From: an uncultured Solirubrobacterales bacterium
GTDB taxonomy: Bacteria > Actinomycetota > Thermoleophilia > Solirubrobacterales > Solirubrobacteraceae
Direction of reading: 5' to 3'
Length of the DNA: 64,000 nucleotides
Assembly: GCA_963701945.1 (NCBI GenBank)
Contig: CAVPBV010000017.1
Span: 184,172-248,171 of the forward strand
In this document: positions 57,463-64,000 of the stretch, in pieces
Layout: each line of letters opens with the position of its first letter
Position numbering within the stretch: position 1 is the stretch's first letter
Program-made: the position numbers and the translations under genes
Notes under the pieces: generated by a model
What the model was told of the DNA's origin: nothing
Database searches by the model: none
The model's input: only the letters and a program-made list of their open reading frames with translations

Positions 57463-57486
57463 GGGCCGCGACTTCAGTCGCGGCCC
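57463..57486 (+). terminator. Strong hairpin closing the SLATT-patatin operon
   Basis: GGGCCGCGAC-TTCA-GTCGCGGCCC, a perfect 10-bp stem 47 nt after the stop. A second hairpin lies at about 57424-57443. Confidence 0.55.
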
Positions 57487-57522
57487 CTTAGGCTACCGCC
57501 ACCCACCAGAGAGGAGAGAACC

Positions 57523-58545
57523 GTGTCGACTGTCGAGACCGTGCGAGGCCCCGTGGCGCTGGATGACCTCGGTCGAACGCTCATGCACGAGCACGTGTTC
57601 ATCATGCAGCCCGAGGCGCTGCAGAACTGGGGTCACGCGTTCGGTCCACGCTACTGGGACGAGCAGGAGCGGATCGTCGATGCGGTGGACAAGCTCACGC
57701 GCGTGCGGGAAGCGGGGATTCGCACGATCGTCGATCCGACCGTGCCGGGGCTCGGCCGGTACGTCCCCAGGATCCGCGAGGTGGCGGAGGCGGCCGATAT
57801 CAACATCATCGTCGCGACCGGTGTGTACGCGTTCATCGAGTTGCCGAACTTCCTCGCCTACCGGAGCAAGGAAGCGATCGCCGAGCTGTTCGTTCGCGAG
57901 GTTCGCGAGGGCATCGACGACACCGGCGTGAAGGCGGCGTTCCTGAAATGCGCCGTCGAGCGGCACGGGCTCGTCGGCGACATCCCGCGGATCATCGAGG
58001 CGATCGCGATGGCGGCGGTCGAAACGGGCGCGCCGGTGATGGTCCACACGAACGCCGAGCAACGGACCGGGCTGTTGGCGCTCGACGCGCTCACGCGCCA
58101 CGGCGTCGACCCGGGTCAGATCGTGATCGCGCACGTCGGCGACAGCAACGACCTCGACTACATCCGGAGGATCGCGAAGGCCGGCGCGTGGATCGGTTGC
58201 GATCGGTTCGGCATCGACCACTTCAACCCGCTCGCCGACCGCATCCGGACGCTGACCGCGCTGGTACAAGAGGGGCTCGCCGACCGGATCCACATCTCCC
58301 ACGACGCGGCGTGCTTCCTCGACTTCTTCGTCGGCAATCCGGCCTTTGCCAACGAGAAGCCCGATTACCTGCTGATCTCGAACCAGGTCCTGCCGGCGCT
58401 GCTCGAGGCCGGCGTCACCCAGGAGCAGATCGACCAGATCATGGTCTCGAACCCGGTGCGGTTCTTCGGTGGCGGCTCGGCAGGCGCCGGGGGCGATCAG
58501 GTCGCGGAACCGCTGGCGAGCAGGTCATCGAGCACCTCGCCGTAG
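57523..58545 (+). CDS. Phosphotriesterase-like lactonase (PTE family)
   Basis: TLMHEH, FLKCA, VHTN, AHVGD, CDRFG and ISHDA. GAGGAGAG RBS before GTG 57523. Confidence 0.9.
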   Translation: MSTVETVRGPVALDDLGRTLMHEHVFIMQPEALQNWGHAFGPRYWDEQERIVDAVDKLTRVREAGIRTIVDPTVPGLGRYVPRIREVAEAADINIIVATGVYAFIELPNFLAYRSKEAIAELFVREVREGIDDTGVKAAFLKCAVERHGLVGDIPRIIEAIAMAAVETGAPVMVHTNAEQRTGLLALDALTRHGVDPGQIVIAHVGDSNDLDYIRRIAKAGAWIGCDRFGIDHFNPLADRIRTLTALVQEGLADRIHISHDAACFLDFFVGNPAFANEKPDYLLISNQVLPALLEAGVTQEQIDQIMVSNPVRFFGGGSAGAGGDQVAEPLASRSSSTSP

Positions 58546-59390
58546 TGGCCGAGCGCGAGGGACAGGTGCCCCTGGTCTCGGAGCAGCCTCGCGCGGGCGC
58601 CGGGGATGTGCGCGGCGAGCCATTCGCCGTGGGCTAGCGGGACCATCTGATCCTGGGCCCCCTGCCAGATCGTGACCGGGCACGAGATGTCGGAGAGCTC
58701 GAAGCCCCAGTTGTGAACCAGCTCGAGATCGTCGTCGAACCACCCCCACACGCCGTGCTCCATTCCGATGCGGGTCGACTCGGCCTCGTACTCGGCGAAC
58801 TGTCCGGTCATCACGCTGCGATCGACGTCGGACAGAAGGCCGCCGAACTCCTCGTGGAGGTCGGATGCGCTAGCCGATATCAACTTCTCCCGGAACGGCT
58901 CGATGAACGCGAGCAGCTGTTCCTCGCCCGCCTCGGCGGCAGCATCCTCCTCGACGTTCTCCCGTGCCATCCCGTCGAGCCAATCGAGGCCCTCGGCGTC
59001 GCGCGGTGCGACTCCCGCGATCGTCGCTGCCGCGATCACCCGATCGGGAAGCAACGCCGCGCACGCGAGCGCGTGCGGTCCGCCGCCCGACCTGCCCGCG
59101 GTATAGAACCGGTCCACCCCGAGCCAGTCGGCGACCGCCGCCGCGTCCGCCGCGCAATCGACCACCACGCGCCCCGGACAGCGTTCGCTCTCCCCGTATC
59201 CCGGACGCATATAGACCACGTGACGGATGCCGCGCTGCGCGCCGAGCTCGACCAGCGGGCCATACATGGTGCCCGCGCTCGGAGTGCCCATGTGGAAGAG
59301 CAGCGTCATGCCGTCATCGGGGCCCGTTACCTCGACGTCGAGGCGGCCGCGAGGCCCGGCGATATGATGACGGCCGGCCATCGAGACCAT
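58497..59390 (-). CDS. Alpha/beta-fold hydrolase
   Basis: FHMGTP, RPGYGES, nucleophile GRSGGGPH, WQGAQD and QGHLS. Confidence 0.88.
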   Translation of the reverse strand: MVSMAGRHHIAGPRGRLDVEVTGPDDGMTLLFHMGTPSAGTMYGPLVELGAQRGIRHVVYMRPGYGESERCPGRVVVDCAADAAAVADWLGVDRFYTAGRSGGGPHALACAALLPDRVIAAATIAGVAPRDAEGLDWLDGMARENVEEDAAAEAGEEQLLAFIEPFREKLISASASDLHEEFGGLLSDVDRSVMTGQFAEYEAESTRIGMEHGVWGWFDDDLELVHNWGFELSDISCPVTIWQGAQDQMVPLAHGEWLAAHIPGARARLLRDQGHLSLALGHYGEVLDDLLASGSAT

Positions 59391-60152
59391 TTACCCGCCC
59401 TCACGGTCGATGGGGAATGCCGCGAAGCTCTGGCTGACCGGCATCAACTCGAGGACGTTGACGTTGACGTGCTCGGGCTGCGACGTAACCCACTCGACGG
59501 CCGCCGCGATGTCCTCGGGGCCGAGCGGCTTCGTGCCCGCGTACACGCCGGCAGCTTTCTCGGCATCGCCGAACCGCACCTCGGAGAACTCGGTGCCGCC
59601 AATCAGGCCGGGCTCGATCGAGGTCACCCGGACGCCGGTTCCGTGCAAGTCGGCGCGTAGCCCGAGGCTGAACTGGTGCACGAACGCCTTGGTCGCGCCG
59701 TACACGTTCCCGCCCGGATATGGATAGGTGCCGGCGATCGAGCCCATGTTCACGACGTGGCCGCGCCGGCGCGCGACCATCCCAGGCAGCAGGGCGCGGG
59801 TCATGTACACGAGACCCGTGCAGTTGGTCTCGATCATCCGCTCCCAATTGTCGAGGACGGCGTCCTGCGCCGGCTCGAGCCCCAGCGCGAGCCCCGCGTT
59901 GTTGACGAGCACGTCGACATCCGCGAACGCCGCTGGCAACGATGTCAACAGTTGCTCGATGGCGGCCAGGTCACGGACGTCGAGCACCGAAACAAAAATC
60001 AAATCCTCACCGAAATCGTCGACCAGCTCGGCAAGGCGTTCTTCCCGGCGGGCCGCCGCGATGACCTTGACGCCCGCGGCCGCATAGCGGCGGGCGACGG
60101 CCTCGCCGATGCCCGAGCTGGCGCCGGTGACGAGAGCGACGTGTGGTGGCAT
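59391..60152 (-). CDS. SDR oxidoreductase, YdfG-like 3-hydroxy acid dehydrogenase
   Basis: VTGASSGIG, LVNNAGLALGLEPA, GSIAGTYPYPGGNVYGATKAFV and IEPG. Start placed at ATG 60152. Confidence 0.9.
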   Translation of the reverse strand: MPPHVALVTGASSGIGEAVARRYAAAGVKVIAAARREERLAELVDDFGEDLIFVSVLDVRDLAAIEQLLTSLPAAFADVDVLVNNAGLALGLEPAQDAVLDNWERMIETNCTGLVYMTRALLPGMVARRRGHVVNMGSIAGTYPYPGGNVYGATKAFVHQFSLGLRADLHGTGVRVTSIEPGLIGGTEFSEVRFGDAEKAAGVYAGTKPLGPEDIAAAVEWVTSQPEHVNVNVLELMPVSQSFAAFPIDREGG

Positions 60153-60160
60153 GACCGGAG

Positions 60161-60170
60161 ATCCTAGGAT
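60161..60170. promoter_or_regulatory. Palindromic ATCCTAGGAT giving a TAGGAT -10 box on both strands
   Basis: It sits 8 nt before ATG 60152 on the minus strand and 7 nt before ATG 60178 on the plus strand. Confidence 0.55.
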
Positions 60171-60177
60171 GACAGCG

Positions 60178-61260
60178 ATGGGCGCGATTCGTCTCGAGGA
60201 CCTGGACACGCCGTGCCTGACCGTCGACCTCGACGTGTTCGAGCGCAACGTGCGGACTTGCCTGGGCAATCTTGCGCGAGTGAGCGTCCGGCCACATCTG
60301 AAAACCGCGAAGAGCCCGGAGGTGGCGCGCCTGCTGATCGACGCCGGCGCGGTCGGCGTGTGCGTCGCGAAGCTGAGCGAAGCCGAGGTGATGCTCGAGA
60401 GCGGGATCGACGACGTGCTGATCACGACCGAGATCGCCGGCGAGGTCAAGGTCCGCCGGCTGGCCCGGCTGATCGCTGAGGAGCCGGCAGCGCGTGTCCG
60501 GATCGTCGTCGACTCGTGGGAGGGGGCGGCCGCGATCGACGCCGCCCTGCCCCGGCCGCTCGAGACGCTGATCGACGTGAACGTCGGGCAGGACCGGTGC
60601 GGTATCGCGCCCGAAGATGCGCTCGGGCTTGCGGACCGGATCCGGGGGCTCGAACGGCTCCGGCTGATCGGGGTGCAGGGATACGAAGGCCACGTTCAGC
60701 ACGTGCGCGACGCGACCGAGCGCAGAGCGCTGTGCGACGGTGCGATGGGTCGGCTCGAGAACGCGGCGCAAGCGTTGCGCGCCGGCGGGCACACGGTCGA
60801 CGTGGTGACCACGGGAGGCACCGGCACCGCCGAGTTCTGCGCCGGGCACTCGTTCGTGACCGAGGTGCAGCCCGGATCGTTCGCGTTCATGGACACCGAC
60901 TACCTGGACACGGGTGGCCTCCCGTACGAGTCGTCGCTTCACGTGATCGCGACCGTGATCAGCCGGCCGGCGCGCGACCGGGCCGTGATCGACGCCGGGC
61001 TGAAGACGCTGTCGGACGATTCAGGGCCGGCGCGGCTCCTCGACGCCCCGGGCTGGACCTACCACCACGCCGGCGACGAGCACGGAAAGCTCACGTCGGT
61101 CGGCGAGTCCGGCGCGCGCGAGTTGCGGGTCGGCGATCGCGTGCGGCTGATTCCCTCGCACATCGACCCGACGATCAATCTTCACGACGTGATCTATGCA
61201 CATAGGGGAGGGCGCATCGAGTCGGAGTGGGCGGTGGCGGCGCGCGGAAAGGTGCAGTAG
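60178..61260 (+). CDS. DSD1-family PLP enzyme (D-serine dehydratase / D-threonine aldolase-like)
   Basis: LDTPCLTVD, RPHLKTAK, QGYEGH, GGTGT, EVQPGSFAFMD, DAGLK, EHG and PSHIDPTINL. Confidence 0.88.
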   Translation: MGAIRLEDLDTPCLTVDLDVFERNVRTCLGNLARVSVRPHLKTAKSPEVARLLIDAGAVGVCVAKLSEAEVMLESGIDDVLITTEIAGEVKVRRLARLIAEEPAARVRIVVDSWEGAAAIDAALPRPLETLIDVNVGQDRCGIAPEDALGLADRIRGLERLRLIGVQGYEGHVQHVRDATERRALCDGAMGRLENAAQALRAGGHTVDVVTTGGTGTAEFCAGHSFVTEVQPGSFAFMDTDYLDTGGLPYESSLHVIATVISRPARDRAVIDAGLKTLSDDSGPARLLDAPGWTYHHAGDEHGKLTSVGESGARELRVGDRVRLIPSHIDPTINLHDVIYAHRGGRIESEWAVAARGKVQ

Positions 61261-61269
61261 CTACGGGAC

Positions 61270-62697
61270 CTAACTGTCGAACCCGAGGCCAAGCCGGTCG
61301 AGCGTCCTCAGCCAGAGGCCTCGGCGGCCGTCGTCGCGGTCGGCGGCGGCGAGCCGGTTGCGCGTCAGCTGGATCACGCCGGTGCGCAGCGGCTCGGGCG
61401 GGAACGGCAGCGGGCGCCGGCGGACCATCGTGAGCGCAGTCGCCTCGCTCGCGCGCCCGTCGAGCAGGTCGAGCCCGACGCGGGCGCCGAACCGGCTCGC
61501 GGCGACGCCGAGGCCCGTGTACCCGAGCGCGTACGCGACACGGCCGCCGAGCGCCTTGCCGAAGAACACCGAGAAGCGGCTGCACGTGTCGATCGCGCCG
61601 CCCCAGCGATGGCTGAATCGGAGGCCTTCGAGCTGGGGGAACGTCGTGAACAGGTGCTGGGAGAGCTTGGCGAACGTCGGCTCGTGGTCGTCGAGCTGGG
61701 GGCCGACCGGACCGCCGTACCGGTAGACCGCGTCGTACCCGCCCCAAACGATCCGCGCGTCGGCGGTGAGCCGGTAATAGTGAAACTGGTTGCCCATGTC
61801 GCTGACGCCCTGGCGTGCGGCCCATCCGAGCTCGTCGTGCATCCGCTGATCGAGCGGCTCGGTGACCAGCACGTAGTCGTACACGGGCGCGATGTAGCGC
61901 CCGAGCGCGCGCAGGAGTGGGGGGTACGCGCTGGTCGCGAGCAGGGCCCGGCGCGCGTCGAGCACGCCGCCGTCGGTTATCACCGACACGCCGGCGTGGG
62001 TCTTGCGCAGATCACGGACCGGGCTGTACTCGTGGATCCGCACGCCGGCGAGGGCGGCCGCCGCGCGCAGCCCGTCCGCGAGCTTGCCAGGGTGGACGAG
62101 CGCCGACCCGGTTCGCGTGCACAGTGAGCCGAGGTACAGCGGCGAGTTCACCTCGGCGCGGGTCCGTTCGGCGTCGAGCAGCTCGGCTTCGTACCCGAAC
62201 CGTCGGGTGAGGTCCGCTTCCTCCTCGAGGTCGGCAAGCTCTCGCGGCTCGAGCGCGACGATCAGATCGCCGGTGGCCTCGAACTCGGCGTCGATCCCGA
62301 GCCGTTGGACATCGGCGGCCAGCGCGTGGAAGTTCTCGAGTCCGAGCCGCTCGAGCTGATCGAGCTCGTTCGGAAAGCGCGAGAGGCCGTTGCCGATCCC
62401 GTGGGTGAGTGACGACTGCACGAAGCCGCCGTTACGCCCGCTCGCGCCGCCGCCGCAGCGTGTCGCCTCGAGCACCACCACCTCATGCGCGGGATCCAGT
62501 TCCTTGGCGTAAAGCGCGGCCCACAGCCCGGTGAAGCCACCGCCGACGATGCACAGGTCGGCGTCGAGCGGCCCGTCGAGCGGCGCGTGGGGGTCGCGGG
62601 GCGGCAGCGCGTCGAGCCAGAACGACTTGGGCGTCGCGTCCGCGTAGGCCGAGCGTTGGGCCGGCGTAGGGGGAGTGTCGGGCCAGGGGGAGGGCAG
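61270..62697 (-). CDS. FAD-dependent oxidoreductase (PuuB/DAO-like); apparent CTG start
   Basis: The frame stays open upstream of the tracked ORF through SFWL..DLCIVGGGFTGL..GASGRNGG. There is no ATG/GTG/TTG between the upstream TAG (62707-62709) and the Rossmann motif. The only candidate is CTG 62697. Confidence 0.8.
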   Translation of the reverse strand: MPSPWPDTPPTPAQRSAYADATPKSFWLDALPPRDPHAPLDGPLDADLCIVGGGFTGLWAALYAKELDPAHEVVVLEATRCGGGASGRNGGFVQSSLTHGIGNGLSRFPNELDQLERLGLENFHALAADVQRLGIDAEFEATGDLIVALEPRELADLEEEADLTRRFGYEAELLDAERTRAEVNSPLYLGSLCTRTGSALVHPGKLADGLRAAAALAGVRIHEYSPVRDLRKTHAGVSVITDGGVLDARRALLATSAYPPLLRALGRYIAPVYDYVLVTEPLDQRMHDELGWAARQGVSDMGNQFHYYRLTADARIVWGGYDAVYRYGGPVGPQLDDHEPTFAKLSQHLFTTFPQLEGLRFSHRWGGAIDTCSRFSVFFGKALGGRVAYALGYTGLGVAASRFGARVGLDLLDGRASEATALTMVRRRPLPFPPEPLRTGVIQLTRNRLAAADRDDGRRGLWLRTLDRLGLGFDS

Positions 62698-62715
62698 GCC
62701 GCGATCCTAGATTGT

Positions 62716-63147
62716 TTACGGGTGGCGCTCGAGGCCGCGCAGCACCGCGTCGGCGTCGCGGTGCGGCGCGCGCAGCGCGACCCCGACGAGGTCGAGGTCG
62801 CCGGTTGCGACCGCGCGGACCGCCGCGCGGTTGTCCTCGTCGTTGCCGGTCGCGAACATCTCGTTCGTGTAGATGGCGAGCGTGACGCCGCGGCGCTCGG
62901 CGCGCTCGCGCACGGTCTGGAGCTTGGTGGCGCCCGCCTCGAACACGAGCACCGGTTGCACTAGCAGCGGCAGGTAGCGCTTGTCGTCGGCGTCGAGGTA
63001 GTCCTGACCGATCGCGGCGGCGCCGGCGTCCGCGGTCACGCCGCTGATCAGGAACGCGGTGACGTTCAGCCGCTGCCAGGTGGCGAGGTCCTCGCGAACC
63101 ACGACTGCGATCTTCGTTTCGAACTGGCCGACGCCCATGCGCGGCAT
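62716..63147 (-). CDS. DUF2000-family protein
   Basis: TKIAVVVREDLATWQRLNVTAFL..QPVLVF..NDEDNR..LVGVALR. The start is ATG 63147 or 63138. Confidence 0.8.
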   Translation of the reverse strand: MPRMGVGQFETKIAVVVREDLATWQRLNVTAFLISGVTADAGAAAIGQDYLDADDKRYLPLLVQPVLVFEAGATKLQTVRERAERRGVTLAIYTNEMFATGNDEDNRAAVRAVATGDLDLVGVALRAPHRDADAVLRGLERHP

Positions 63148-63186
63148 GATCGCCGTGGGCGCCAAGTCCTGTCTTGAACGTTGTTG

Positions 63187-63206
63187 CGGTCGGTCGGTCG
63201 GTCGGT
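63187..63206. repeat. (CGGT)5 microsatellite between the AraC and DUF2000 genes
   Basis: Five exact CGGT units followed by CGTT. Confidence 0.85.
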
Positions 63207-63221
63207 CGTTCGCGGGCGCGC

Positions 63222-64000
63222 TCAGGACGCAACGGCGCGGGCGTAGCGGCCAGGGCTCACCCCGACCGCGCGCTTGAACACGCGCGTGAGGTGCGGCTGA
63301 TCGGCGAACCCGCACACGGCGGCGACCTCGGCCGGAGGCACCCCGGCGGCGAGGAGCCCGCGGGCGCGCTCGACCCGGAGGTTGGTCTGGAACGCGTGCG
63401 GGGTGACGCCGTTCTGCTCTCCGAACCGCCGCACGAGCTCGAACCGGCTGAGGCCGGCGACCCCGGCCAGCTCGGCCAGCGTGACGCGCTGGTCCCAGCG
63501 CTCGTAAAGGTGACGACGCGCTCGGCGGACTGGCGCGTGCTCGGAGCGCTCTCGCTCGTGCGTAGGGGAGCCGGGACGCAGATGGGGTCTGAGCGCGGCG
63601 ACCGCGCGCAGCACCGCCTCGTCGATCGCCAGATCGCCTGGGGGCTCGGCCGCGAGCGCGGCGTGGGCACGCTCGAGCGCGGCCCGCAGCGCGACGTCGC
63701 GGAACACCACCCAGCGCGCCGCGCGAGGCGCGCCGTCGTCCCGCTCGGCCCATTCGTGCAGCAGCCGCGGCTCGATGTACAGCACCTTGTATGCCCACCC
63801 CTCGGGGACCGCGGCCATGCCGGTGTGGACGGCCTCGGGCTCGAGCACGAACAACTCACCCTCGCCGGCGCGCTGCTGGGTCGCGTCGAGCTCGAAGCGG
63901 GCGGCTCCGCGCTGCACCACCGCCACCGTCCAGGTCGGGTGCGAATGGGGCCGGTAGGCGTGCCGGACGAATCGGGCGTGGAGCGCCTCGATCCCGTCGA
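63222..64000 (-). CDS. AraC-family regulator (cupin + HTH), 5' end beyond the window
   Basis: PHSHPTWTVAVV, EAVHTG, LAELAGVAGLSRFELVRRF and GFADQPHLTRVFKR. Confidence 0.9.
   Translation of the reverse strand, partial: DGIEALHARFVRHAYRPHSHPTWTVAVVQRGAARFELDATQQRAGEGELFVLEPEAVHTGMAAVPEGWAYKVLYIEPRLLHEWAERDDGAPRAARWVVFRDVALRAALERAHAALAAEPPGDLAIDEAVLRAVAALRPHLRPGSPTHERERSEHAPVRRARRHLYERWDQRVTLAELAGVAGLSRFELVRRFGEQNGVTPHAFQTNLRVERARGLLAAGVPPAEVAAVCGFADQPHLTRVFKRAVGVSPGRYARAVAS

Noticed and set aside
1-64000. tRNA, rRNA, integrase, transposase or prophage genes
   Set aside because: None recognised by eye. tRNAscan-SE and ISEScan would confirm.

Overview
A 64-kb high-GC bacterial window, Actinomycetota-like. 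Thermoleophilia/Solirubrobacterales is plausible but is inference only. I found no rRNA, tRNA, CRISPR array, integrase or transposase. Layout: (1) 1-15.8 kb, a nucleoside uptake and catabolism supercluster (deoA fragment, PNP, CYTH-cytidine deaminase fusion, upp, LOG, deoC, two ALDHs, a DUF6909-like protein, a BMP-type ABC transporter, guaD, deoB). (2) 15.9-25.4 kb, a tandem HD-GYP protein, a P1 peptidase, and a coupled TIR-SIR2 plus STAND-TM-WD40 gene pair. (3) 25.5-38.5 kb, nucleoside hydrolase, Fpg/Nei, aspartyl protease, recQ and recCBD. (4) 38.5-48.7 kb, an accessory block bracketed by an intact S53 protease and a decayed copy of its prodomain. It holds a frameshifted HigBA-like TA pair, a kinase lacking its catalytic Asp, a SARP-cyclase-STAND-TPR protein and an ECF sigma factor. 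(5) 49-53.5 kb, an FAD oxidase/TPP enzyme/ALDH7 operon. (6) 53.7-57.4 kb, a three-gene SLATT + patatin + (deoxyribohydrolase-like/TPR/SLOG) operon with no cyclase, the best candidate for an undescribed nucleotide-signalling defence system. (7) 57.5-64 kb, hydrolases, an SDR, a DSD1-like PLP enzyme, an FAD oxidase, DUF2000 and AraC. Many genes have TANNNT 6-8 nt before the start codon, which suggests leaderless transcription. All family calls come from motif recognition by eye; no searches were run.
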